Source of the DNA: an uncultured Chloroflexia bacterium
Lineage (GTDB): Bacteria; Chloroflexota; Limnocylindria; Limnocylindrales; CSP1-4
NCBI GenBank assembly: GCA_963706095.1
Contig: OY970149.1
Location: 146,183-210,182, forward strand
Length of the DNA: 64,000 nucleotides
Direction of reading: 5' to 3'
A program made the position numbers and the translations under genes. Positions within the stretch are counted from its first letter, which is position 1. The number at the start of each line of letters is the position of its first letter. Positions 8,901 to 17,014 of this stretch are shown piece by piece. The notes under the pieces were generated by a model that saw only the letters and a program-made list of their open reading frames with translations, did no database searches and had not been told where the DNA came from.

Positions 8901-10286
8901 TACTACACCGACCCCGGCTACGACAGGCCCGGCTGGTTCATCGATGACCTCGTGATCCGAGCCGGCAACCAGGTCATCTACTCGAACGACGTGACGACCG
9001 ACGACCAGCTGCACGTATATCCGGGCGGCTGCAACGCGGATACCGGCCTGCACACCGCAGACAAATGCACCGACGGCTGGTCGATGATCGATGCGACATC
9101 ACCATCCAGCCTCGACCACGGCTACTTCCTCGAGCTGCGCGATCGCTCCGGCTTCGACTTCAACGGCCGAGGCCAGGCGGACCGTGGTGCCATCACCTGG
9201 CAGCCCGGCGCCCTGATCGAGTACACCGACGAGTCACGCGGGTACGGCAACATCGGCGACATGCCGCCGCGTCAGCACTATCTCGACTCGCAGCCCCAGA
9301 ACGGGCTCGACTGCGGTGAGGCGCTGACCGACGACCCGCTGACGCCGCGTGACGATACGGCCAAGCAATGCTTCGACGCCGCCTTCACCGCGGCGGCAGG
9401 CGACAAGCACTTCGACGACGATCCCGCGGCCGGTGAGCCGGGCGACTGGATCGACAACTTCGCCGATGCATCGTCAGATGACGGCTTCTGGCACTTCGCC
9501 TATAAGTGCCTGTCGCTCGACATCAACTCGATGAGCGGCACGGACGTCAACGAGACGCTGCCCTCGAACCTGACCGCCAATGCGACGATCAAGGCGCTCG
9601 CCGGCTGTGCACCGTTCAGCTATACCGGTAACTACCCGAATGCGGCGCCCTTCGCCGACGCCCAGGTCAAGCCCGGCACGGGCACGACCGCCACGAACTT
9701 CATCTTCGACGGCAGCGGATCGAGCGACGACCTGACGCCGGCGAGTCAGCTGATCTACCAGTGGGACTTCGACAACAACGGCACGTGGGATGCCAGCGGC
9801 CAGGTGATCGCGCGCAAGTTCACGAGCGCCGGGACCAAGACCGTCAAGCTGCGCGTGACCGACAAGAGCACGCCGGCCAAGTCAGCGATCGACACGATCA
9901 CGGTCGTCGTGACCGGGGCCGCGGCGGCGAAGCCGGACCTCACGGTGACGGCCCACTCGGTCAACAAGACGACCATCCGGCGTGGCGACCAGGTCACCTT
10001 CACCGCGACAATCAAGAACATCGGCACGGTGGCGGCCGCGGCGACCACGACTGAGTGGCACCGTTACACGGCCAACGGCCTCACTGGCCGGCGGCTGGGC
10101 TTTGTCGCGACGCAGGCGCTCGCACCCAATCAGTCAAGGCAGGTCTCGCTGACCATCAACACCTCGGGCTGGAAGCCCGGCCGCTACCGGATCCGCGTCT
10201 ATGCCGACATCCACGACGTTGTCAGCGAACAGCCGCCGAACAACAACAACGGGTTCTACTTCTACGTGACCATACTCAGACCCTGA
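5904..10286 (+). CDS. Secreted multidomain metalloprotease, M6 (immune inhibitor A)-like, with PKD and CARDB-like domains
   Basis: An RBS GGAGGG lies 6 nt before the ATG at 5904. Signal peptide LLLAVVLVATAF...AAAAG, zinc site HEYGHHLGLPDFY, a PKD-like block (FIFDGSGSSDD...YQWDFDNNGTWD...VKLRVTD) and a C-terminal CARDB-like block (KPDLTVTA...GDQVTFTATIKNIG). Confidence 0.85.
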   Translation: MAGNSSTRSAVRPRLVGLLLAVVLVATAFIPGLPVLGGPLPAAAAGSEPHIAGGFEYIKTFASAPAQCAYNGGFFSNFFVRGDCVRIDFSVTNTSTGSHTISVQLRSADGTTLVQTIAPTKLSGANNDWYATTPIDGAGNWPAGRIVVRVLADGQSAGEGGFFFNALGAVVNPGALASGDRYEPGEDIPLNGSISELNDLAANTQMTGVAAAFKIRVLDPEGDQLFLSPTLTANSDGTLPAGLKIPGSATAAVTATAEQNYQALLAIEVVDATYTDSGLTVELPPRAKGAFAGDPAGTGAVMLQDVPATLLLETLYASPTGWVKPGEEFPFRVFVSNYTNSARNNVTVTIPKPPSLTFVGVNPLGGAGSANTGGGNTVTWNIGTLAAATSGGPTVATLVVRARAATLAQDPEIVWKDLSSTARLTYTGGPAGLTSSTHGPKVIPPSDEYETARYGDKPFVMVPVDFTDRKHSADHTGDALARKVNSPATAGSTFNLYQEMSYGQLYPNGVVPSVGIGSRGFDYAPGFEFSTRDPLKPTCRGTTYGDLPQPVEEAVYGTPAYPERISDGWYQLPGDTEYYGGDFPAFTLGVGSTIDGACGPTSKSVYDAAVIADPEIDYNEFDLDKDGVVDFFMMVFAGIGGNAGSQTSVPPYDNIWPHSSSLEYYYTQQGTGLKGYVSDDQLKSLDGTPQCFTNATYTEHAACGAGGDSSKPVYVRVGPYNVNPEAAIDQASVIAHEYGHHLGLPDFYSTSYTTYNDWFLMASDYSQHMTIFGKQEMGWVVPDYLQPGETRNVPSWKEIKNDTGQIRWQTPGGQFYTLSAANGDQNIHNGHAFGLKLPRRMLIEKSQVEAQASLPNLFYSGRGNDFGCTPVAGHNLDIALPELATVPDGTTVTLTYKSKWDIEWDFDYGFTMVTTNGKDYTSLPSQNLYTTDKNINPNNSACLTTHNNGLTGTSGSYRDSTFAADRNPASPIYRDSPFLEDEYDLSPYAGEQGVVLRFSYYTDPGYDRPGWFIDDLVIRAGNQVIYSNDVTTDDQLHVYPGGCNADTGLHTADKCTDGWSMIDATSPSSLDHGYFLELRDRSGFDFNGRGQADRGAITWQPGALIEYTDESRGYGNIGDMPPRQHYLDSQPQNGLDCGEALTDDPLTPRDDTAKQCFDAAFTAAAGDKHFDDDPAAGEPGDWIDNFADASSDDGFWHFAYKCLSLDINSMSGTDVNETLPSNLTANATIKALAGCAPFSYTGNYPNAAPFADAQVKPGTGTTATNFIFDGSGSSDDLTPASQLIYQWDFDNNGTWDASGQVIARKFTSAGTKTVKLRVTDKSTPAKSAIDTITVVVTGAAAAKPDLTVTAHSVNKTTIRRGDQVTFTATIKNIGTVAAAATTTEWHRYTANGLTGRRLGFVATQALAPNQSRQVSLTINTSGWKPGRYRIRVYADIHDVVSEQPPNNNNGFYFYVTILRP

Positions 10287-10296
10287 CGCAGCGAGC

Positions 10297-11964
10297 CTAG
10301 CTCAGGACGTGATCGCTCTGCTCGTCGTGGTACTGGACGAGCTCGGCCATCCGGTCGGCGACCAGGGACTCAGTTGCGAGACGCGCGTGCCGGCTGCCGG
10401 TCACTGCCTCGAGGAAGCCCCGGCGCGGCAGGCGCAGCACCTCGAGCTCGTCCACGACACGCACCGTGGCGGTACGCGGCCGATTTGACAGCAATGCGAT
10501 CTCGCCGAACGAGTCGCCTGCCTTCAGTGTCGCCACATGCTGGCCGTCGTGGACCACCTCGGCCGTGCCCGACTTGATCAGGTACCAGCAGTCGCCCCGC
10601 TCACCCTGCCGAATCACGTCCGTGGAGGCCGCGTGGTGCTCGGGGATGAGACCGCCAGCGACCTGCTCGAGGCTGGTCAGCGGCAGTGGCGCGAACATCG
10701 GCACGCCACGCAGCAGCGCGAGCTGCTCGTGCGGCACCACGGCGCTCGCGTCGGCACGACGCACGAGGGGGTAGGTCAGAAGCGCCAGCACGGGCAGGAA
10801 CGCTCCGGCCACGATCAGCGCCGTCTCCAGCGATGTCGCGGCGACCAGCAGCGGCACGGCGAGCGATCCCAGGCCGGCCGTCAGCGAGATGATCGTCTCG
10901 AATGCGCCAAAGACGCGGCCACGCAGGCGGTTCGGGACCACGCGCTGCAGTAGCGTCATGCCCGACACGTCGAGCATGGCATTGGCGACGCCGACCACGC
11001 CCAGGAAGACGAGCGCCAGTCCGGGCAGCGGCGCCAGTCCCAGCAGGAGAATCGGGATTCCCCAGAAAGCGAGTGCCACGCTGACCGGCAGGGCCAAGTT
11101 CGGCCGCAGGACCAGGCCGAAGGCCGCGAACGCGCCGAACAGCGCGCCGGCGCCCATGGCCGCGTTGAGGTAGCCGACACCCGACGAACCGAGCAGCAGG
11201 AGCTCGACTGAGACGGCCACGATCAAGACGTTGAGCATCCCGCGCACAAAGGTTTGCGCGGCAAACAGCCCGACGAGGGTTCCCGCCGCGGGGTAGCGGC
11301 GCAGCGCGGTGAAGCCGGCCAGCAGCCGCCGTACACGGGTGGCGCCGCTGTCCGTGCCCGTTTGACGGATCGGCGCGATGCGTTCGATGCCGAGCACGAT
11401 CGCGCCGGCGATGGCAAAGCCGAGCGCCGGCGCGGCAAGCCCGAACGCCGGACCACCTGCGGCCAGGGCAAGGCCGCCGATGACAGGCCCGACCAGGACA
11501 CCCACCGCTTCCGCCGTGCTCGTCGTCGCGTTGGCGGCGACGAGCTCCTCGGGCGATCGAGCGACTGCCGGCAGCAGCGACATGTGGGTCGGGCGATTGA
11601 GAGTGGCGATGATGCCCTCGACCGCGATCGCAACGAAGACGAGCCAGGCCGGCAGACCACCGGCAATGATCCCGGCCACGGCGACCACTGTGGCGCCTCT
11701 GCCCAGCGCAACCATGAGCAGCAGGGTTCGTGGCGCAAACCGGTCGACCAGTGATGCGGTGAAGGGTCCGGCCACGGCGGCGGGCAGCATGCGCAGGGTG
11801 CCGGCGATGCCGGTCGCGGCTACGCCGCCAAAGTCGTAGGCGAACACGAGCACCGACACGAAGTAGGACCACTGCGCCGCGATGGACACGAACCAGGCGA
11901 GCTCTGCGTGGCGGATCGAGCGGTTGAGGGCGACCTGACGCAGAGCAGCCAGCAGGGCTATCAC
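10297..11964 (-). CDS. MFS transporter fused to a C-terminal cyclic nucleotide-binding domain
   Basis: About 400 aa of 12-TM-like MFS sequence followed by a CNB domain (LRGVPMFAPL...GDSFGEIALLSNRPRTATV). GTG start. Confidence 0.85.
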   Translation of the reverse strand: MIALLAALRQVALNRSIRHAELAWFVSIAAQWSYFVSVLVFAYDFGGVAATGIAGTLRMLPAAVAGPFTASLVDRFAPRTLLLMVALGRGATVVAVAGIIAGGLPAWLVFVAIAVEGIIATLNRPTHMSLLPAVARSPEELVAANATTSTAEAVGVLVGPVIGGLALAAGGPAFGLAAPALGFAIAGAIVLGIERIAPIRQTGTDSGATRVRRLLAGFTALRRYPAAGTLVGLFAAQTFVRGMLNVLIVAVSVELLLLGSSGVGYLNAAMGAGALFGAFAAFGLVLRPNLALPVSVALAFWGIPILLLGLAPLPGLALVFLGVVGVANAMLDVSGMTLLQRVVPNRLRGRVFGAFETIISLTAGLGSLAVPLLVAATSLETALIVAGAFLPVLALLTYPLVRRADASAVVPHEQLALLRGVPMFAPLPLTSLEQVAGGLIPEHHAASTDVIRQGERGDCWYLIKSGTAEVVHDGQHVATLKAGDSFGEIALLSNRPRTATVRVVDELEVLRLPRRGFLEAVTGSRHARLATESLVADRMAELVQYHDEQSDHVLS

Positions 11965-12009
11965 GGGTGCAGGTTAAGCCGAGGCAAGCCAATGTCTTGG
12001 CTTATGGAC

Positions 12010-12039
12010 TTGACTATGATGTGTGAGACACAGTATTAT
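12010..12039 (+). promoter_or_regulatory. Candidate sigma-70 promoter of the padR operon with an embedded palindrome
   Basis: TTGACT (12010-12015), an 18-nt spacer and TATTAT (12034-12039). The spacer holds the palindrome TGTGT-GAG-ACACA (12020-12032). The ATG at 12049 is only 9 nt past the -10, so the transcript would be leaderless or have a very short leader. Confidence 0.45.
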
Positions 12040-12048
12040 GACGCCGCC

Positions 12049-12390
12049 ATGACGGACTACGAACTCACGGACAGTCACCGGCAGGAGCTACGGCGGGGCA
12101 CTGTCGTGCTGGCCTGTCTTATGGCGTTGCGCAAGCCAGGCTACGGCTACGGCTTGCTGAAGACGCTCGATCAGGCTGGCCTGCCGAGCGACGCCAACAC
12201 CATCTACCCGCTGCTGCGCCGACTCGATGAGAAGGGGCTGCTCGAAAGCGAGTGGAACACCCAGGAGTCGCGGCCGCGCAAGTTCTACCGAACCAGCGCC
12301 ACGGGAGAGGCACTGGCAAAGGCGCTGGCGGACGAGTTGACGCAGCTGAACAAGGCGTTGCGCGTCCTGAACGAAGGAGTCATCGAATGA
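12049..12390 (+). CDS. PadR family transcriptional regulator
   Basis: LRRGTVVLACLMALRKPGYGYGL...IYPLLRRLDEKGLLESEW...RKFYRTSATG is a typical PadR winged helix. Confidence 0.85.
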   Translation: MTDYELTDSHRQELRRGTVVLACLMALRKPGYGYGLLKTLDQAGLPSDANTIYPLLRRLDEKGLLESEWNTQESRPRKFYRTSATGEALAKALADELTQLNKALRVLNEGVIE

Positions 12391-13370
12391 CATCACTCAC
12401 CGATCGCTACGTCGCAGCCGTGCTCCAGCACATTCCGACCAACAAGCGCACCGACGTGGAGCGCGAGCTGGCATCCTCCATCGCCGACGCGATCGACGAC
12501 CGCGTGGCCAACGGCGAGGGGCACGACTCTGCCGAGCGCGACGTCCTCGAGAGCATGGGCGACCCGGCGCGCCTGGCGGCGAGCATGGCCGGCCGGCGCA
12601 TGTACCTGATCGGTCCGTCGTCGTTCCTCGAGTGGCGTCGCCTGATGACGGTGTTGCTGAGCGTCGTCGTTCCCATCAGCGCCATCGCCGTCGGCGTGAT
12701 CGAGCTCGCCCGCGATGGAGAAATCGCCCAGGCCATCGTGGCCGGCCTGGGCGCGGGCATAAACGTGGCCGTCCATCTTGCGTTCTGGGTCACCCTCATC
12801 TTCGTGCTGGTCGAGCGCGCCGACTGGCGGCGCACCACGGACGAGGGCGAACAGCCCGCTCGCTGGACGGTCGACCAGCTACCCGCCGCTCCGGCCACGC
12901 GCATCAGTCTGAGCGACACGGTTGGAGAGATCATCACGCTCGTCATCACCATCGCCGGCCTGTTGATCCTCCGCGGCCTGACGTGGGCCGACGACGCGAC
13001 GGGGCAGGAGATCCCGATCCTCCATCCATCGATCGTCGACTGGTGGGTGCCGCTGCTGGTGCTCGTGCTGCTGACGCTGCTCGGCTTCCGGATCATGCTG
13101 CACATCCTCGGGCGCTGGACGATGCCCATGGCCGTGGCCCACGCCGTGCTGTCGCTCGCTTTCGCCCTGCCTATCGTCTACCTGGCGCTGACGGGCACGC
13201 TGGTCAACCCGGCATTCGCGGCGGCCGTTGGCTACCCGCCGCTGGCCGAGGGCGATGGGCCGGTAATGGTCCTCATCGCCATCGGCGTGACGCTGGTATC
13301 GGTGTGGGAGATATTCGATGGCTTCCGCCAGGCACGACGCAGCGCCACGCCCGCCGAAGCCTCGCTCTAG
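12387..13370 (+). CDS. Membrane protein commonly paired with PadR (DUF1700-like N-terminal prefix plus multiple TM segments)
   Basis: ATGA start/stop overlap with padR. The N-terminus LTDRYVAAVLQHIPTNKRTDVERELASSIADAI is typical of PadR-associated membrane proteins and is followed by several TM segments. Confidence 0.7.
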   Translation: MTSLTDRYVAAVLQHIPTNKRTDVERELASSIADAIDDRVANGEGHDSAERDVLESMGDPARLAASMAGRRMYLIGPSSFLEWRRLMTVLLSVVVPISAIAVGVIELARDGEIAQAIVAGLGAGINVAVHLAFWVTLIFVLVERADWRRTTDEGEQPARWTVDQLPAAPATRISLSDTVGEIITLVITIAGLLILRGLTWADDATGQEIPILHPSIVDWWVPLLVLVLLTLLGFRIMLHILGRWTMPMAVAHAVLSLAFALPIVYLALTGTLVNPAFAAAVGYPPLAEGDGPVMVLIAIGVTLVSVWEIFDGFRQARRSATPAEASL

Positions 13371-14311
13371 TGCTCGAGCAGCCAGGAGTAGACGTCGAGA
13401 CCGGCCGACAGATCGTAAGTTCGGCTCCATGAGTCGTGGTCCGCATCCGGGTAGGAGTCGAACCTGAGCTCGACCGGCGGAGGATCGCAGTCGCGCATCT
13501 CCGCGACACGGTCGCTGACGATCGAGAAGGGCACGACTTCGTCCTGCTCGCCGTGAATAATCCACAGCGGCACACGGCCGAGGTCACAGCCCTGCTCCGC
13601 CCAGGAATCCTCGAAGTGGCCGGCGATGTGGACGGCAGCCGAGATGACCTCATCTTCGTGGTCGGCGATGTAGTCCCACGCCGCGATCGAGCCGCAGCTG
13701 AGGCCAGTGAGGTAGACCCGTTCAGGGTCGACCTCGTAGTGGTCGACGGCCCAGCTCAGGAACTCATCGACCATCTCGCCGGCCTGGCATTGGTCGGTCT
13801 CTGCGGTGGTCATCTGCGGTGCCAGCACCACGAACGGTCGGTCGTCCGGCCACCGATCGGCGGCGATGAGCTGCGGGATCCCGAGGTCCTTGACGCTCTC
13901 GAGCATCTGTTCGCTCGAGTCGCCGCCGGAGCCGCCACCGTGCAGGAAGACGAGCAGCGGTGGGGCGCCGCCTGCTGCATCATCGGGCGGCAGATACTCG
14001 AGATAGCCGCGTGGTGCCCCCGCGACCGAGCCGATCGGGCGCACCGACAGGCGGCTTGACGATCCGGCGCTCGACAGGGGAGTAGCGGCGGGCGTCGGAA
14101 CCGGGCTCGACTCGTCTGTTGCTGATGGAGGGGAAGCGGGCGGAAGAGTGGGAGTCGGGACGTCCGGCGATGGAACGGTCGCAGTCGGAAAGGTGGTTGA
14201 CTGAGCGGGTGGTGCCGTCGTGGCGGGCGTTGACCCCGAGCTGCAGCCGAGGAGGGCGACAGCCGACGCGACCAAGGCGGAACGGCGTACCGTCGAGCCG
14301 AACATACTCAT
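13367..14311 (-). CDS. Lipoprotein alpha/beta-hydrolase (esterase / PHB-depolymerase-like)
   Basis: ATG at 14311 preceded by GGGAGAGGG. Lipobox LLGC, a Pro/Thr/Ser linker, LVFLHGGGSGG and a GxSxG-type elbow GLSCGS. The longer 14551 start in the ORF track lacks a signal peptide. Confidence 0.75.
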   Translation of the reverse strand: MSMFGSTVRRSALVASAVALLGCSSGSTPATTAPPAQSTTFPTATVPSPDVPTPTLPPASPPSATDESSPVPTPAATPLSSAGSSSRLSVRPIGSVAGAPRGYLEYLPPDDAAGGAPPLLVFLHGGGSGGDSSEQMLESVKDLGIPQLIAADRWPDDRPFVVLAPQMTTAETDQCQAGEMVDEFLSWAVDHYEVDPERVYLTGLSCGSIAAWDYIADHEDEVISAAVHIAGHFEDSWAEQGCDLGRVPLWIIHGEQDEVVPFSIVSDRVAEMRDCDPPPVELRFDSYPDADHDSWSRTYDLSAGLDVYSWLLEH

Positions 14312-14321
14312 CCCTCTCCCT

Positions 14322-15605
14322 ATGAGCGTTGATGTGCACTCAGACGCTTCAAGTTTGAATAAGTTTCGCCGCCGAACGGTCGGCGTTCTGTTCAGCGGTG
14401 TGGCGCTGGGCAGCACGGGCCACATCGCGGCCGTCACGGTGACCTCGATCGTAGCCCTCGAGCTGGGCGGTGATCGGACGCTTGCCGGCCTGCCGGCGGC
14501 CACCGTGGTCATCGGCGCGGCCATCGGCGCGACCGTCCTCGGCGTGGTCATGGGCCGCTGGGGGCGCCGCCCCGGTCTCGCCGGCGGCTACGTCGTCGGC
14601 GTCATCGGCGCGATCATCGCCATCGCCGGCATCGTCGCCGGTTCGTTCCCCATCCTCCTCCTTGGCAGCGTTGCCATCGGATTTGGCAACAGCTCCAACC
14701 AGCTGTCGCGATACGCGGCCGCGGACATGTATCCGGCCAAGCGGAGGGCGTCGGCAATTGGCATCGTCGTCTGGGCGGCGACGATCGGCGCCGTCATCGG
14801 GCCGAACCTGATCGAGTTCAGCGGCGACATCGCCGAGTCAGTCGGGCTGCCGAGGCTGGCCGGGCCATACCTCGTCCCAGTACTGCTCGTGGGCCTCGCC
14901 GCGATCCTGTCAGCGGTCATGCTGCGGCCGGACCCACGCGATCTCGCCGACGATTCCGGCACGGATGGCCGGCCGCCGCCGCCGCCAGCGCGCATCGGCG
15001 CGCTGCTGCGACGGCCGGTCGTGGCACTGGCCATCCTGGCGCTCATCGCGGGTCAATTCGTCATGGTCCTGATCATGACCATGACGCCGCTGCACATGAC
15101 CGACCATGGCCATGACCTGTCTGCGGTGGGCATCGTCATCTCGGCCCACGTCTTCGGCATGTTCGCGCTGGCGCCACTCTCAGGACGTCTGACCGATCGG
15201 TTCGGCTCGCTGCCGGTCATCGCGGCGGGCTTTGCGCTGCTGCTCGGCTCCGCCCTGCTTTCGGCCGTGGCACCGCCGAATGAGCAGCTGGTTTTGCTCA
15301 TCGCGCTCTTCCTGCTCGGCTGGGGCTGGAATCTGGGCTTCGTGGCAGGCAGCTCGATGCTCACCGGCGCAGTCGCGTCAACCGAACGGGCGCGCGTCCA
15401 GGGAGTGTCCGATGCGTTGATCTGGAGCACGTCGGCAATCGCGAGCATCGGTTCGGGCCTGGTGGTTGGAGCGTGGGGCTTCGCCACGCTCGGCATTTTG
15501 GGGGCGGTGCTCGTCGGCGGCGTCGGGGCGGTCGTCCTGCTCGGTAGGGGCGCGATCGAGCCACCAGCGCAACCGGCGGCCCCGCTCGAACCAGTCGTCG
15601 AATGA
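14322..15605 (+). CDS. MFS transporter
   Basis: About 427 aa with a 12-TM-like pattern. The start is chosen at the ATG at 14322, which leaves the upstream gene non-overlapped. Confidence 0.8.
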   Translation: MSVDVHSDASSLNKFRRRTVGVLFSGVALGSTGHIAAVTVTSIVALELGGDRTLAGLPAATVVIGAAIGATVLGVVMGRWGRRPGLAGGYVVGVIGAIIAIAGIVAGSFPILLLGSVAIGFGNSSNQLSRYAAADMYPAKRRASAIGIVVWAATIGAVIGPNLIEFSGDIAESVGLPRLAGPYLVPVLLVGLAAILSAVMLRPDPRDLADDSGTDGRPPPPPARIGALLRRPVVALAILALIAGQFVMVLIMTMTPLHMTDHGHDLSAVGIVISAHVFGMFALAPLSGRLTDRFGSLPVIAAGFALLLGSALLSAVAPPNEQLVLLIALFLLGWGWNLGFVAGSSMLTGAVASTERARVQGVSDALIWSTSAIASIGSGLVVGAWGFATLGILGAVLVGGVGAVVLLGRGAIEPPAQPAAPLEPVVE

Positions 15606-16042
15606 CGCTCGGCTCGCTCCGCGGGCGCCATTCGGCGAGCAGCGCACGCACGTTCTCGGTCCCGCGGCGTTGACCTCACCGACGTAGACGAGCCTTCGAC
15701 CTCCGCTACAGCCCAGTTCCCGATGTTTCCGCTCAAGCGGAACGAACGGTCACATCAAAGGTGTGCTCGCACGCAGGAATCATCAGAATCCCGGGCAGTA
15801 CCAGCAAAAGCTCGGCCGCTCCAGCTACGCCTGGGCCGTGCTTTCCCATCGACTATTCCACATGATTGGAAGGATCGGAAACCGGGTCGAACAGGGCACC
15901 TGAACTGCGCGCAGAAGCGTGCCACCCGGCGCACCATCTACCACTCCAGCAAGCGGCCTTGTGTCCCAACGACAGGTTCGCTTTACAACTGTGCTAGGTT
16001 AGGGACCAAGTTGACCTGACCCGGGCCGCTGCGTGCCCGCGG

Positions 16043-17014
16043 GTGCCACGCGAGGAAGCAAACCTCACCTTGTTCGCCACCTTCGTGATCGGCCTGCGCG
16101 AAGGCCTCGAGGCCGCACTGGTCGTCGGGATCCTCGTCGCGTTCCTGGTCCGCTCGGACCGGCGCGACGTGCTGCCCCGACTTTGGCTGGGGGTCATGCT
16201 CGCGATTGCCCTCTCGCTGGGAATCGGGTTCATCCTGACCTTCGGCGCATACACGCTGAGCTTCGAGGCGCAGGAGGTCATCGGCGGCATCCTGTCGATC
16301 CTGGCCGTGGCCATGGTCACGTGGATGGTCTTCTGGATGCAGCGCGCCGCGCGCCGATCTGAAGGGCGAGCTCGAGCACGGGGCATGAGCGCGGGCACTG
16401 GCGACCGGCGGGCTGTGGGGCGATCGTCGCCATCGGGTTCATCTCGGTCGCGCGCGAGGGCGTCGAGACGACGCTGTTCCTGTGGTCGATGGTCCGCTCG
16501 TTCGGCGGCGCGTCTGACGCGCTGATCGGTGCCGTCGCCGGCATCTGCGTCGCGGTCGTGCTCGGCTGCCTGATCTACCGCGGCATGGTCCGCATCAACC
16601 TGCGCGTCTTCTTCACGGTCACGAGCGGCGTTCCTGATCATCGTCGCCGCGGGCGTTCTCGCCTACGGCATCCACGACCTCCAGGAGGCCGGCGTTCTGC
16701 CCGGCCCGTTCACCGCGGCCGCTCCGATCGACCCGGCCACGGGCGCCGTCGCGGTCGGCCTGGCCGGCTTCCCGTTCGGCTGGGCCTTCCAGATCGGCGA
16801 CGTCATCGCCGCCCGAGCGGGCCGCTCGCGGCGCTGCTCAAGGGCACGGTCGGCCTCTCGCCCGAGATGACCTGGCTCGAGGTCATCGCCTGGGCGACGT
16901 ACCTGATCGTCGTCGGCACCTTCTTCATTCGCAGGTTCCTCGCGCCACGCGCAGGCTCGTCCACCAATCGTCACGGGCCAGACCGCGCCCGCGCCACCCA
17001 GAGGAGAACCATGA
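16043..17014 (+). pseudogene. efeU: Ferrous-iron permease EfeU (FTR1 family), multiply frameshifted
   Basis: The REGLE ([13 protein letters not shown]) and REGVE ([13 protein letters not shown]) motifs and the TM segments lie in different frames. Coordinate frames run 2->0->1->2->1->2, with an in-frame TGA at 16386. The last frame ends in a TGA that overlaps the efeO ATG. Confidence 0.8.

Noticed and set aside
10601-11992. 463-aa minus-strand ORF overlapping the MFS-CNB gene in another frame
   Set aside because: Its extreme Arg/Ala/Gly/Pro composition is typical of off-frame ORFs in GC-rich DNA. The alternative frame (10297-11964) has clear MFS and cNMP-binding motifs.
15994-16012. DtxR/IdeR iron box (CTAGGTTAGGGACCAAGTT) upstream of efeU
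   Set aside because: Only the left half matches the TTAGGTTAGGCTAACCTAA consensus, and the right half does not at the canonical spacing. It is kept only as a remark inside the gap finding, not as a feature.
15723-16019. 98-aa ORF in the large gap upstream of efeU
   Set aside because: The composition is implausible (Arg/Ser/Thr/Lys-rich with no hydrophobic core), there is no RBS, and it lies in the lowest-GC part of the window. I treat it as non-coding.
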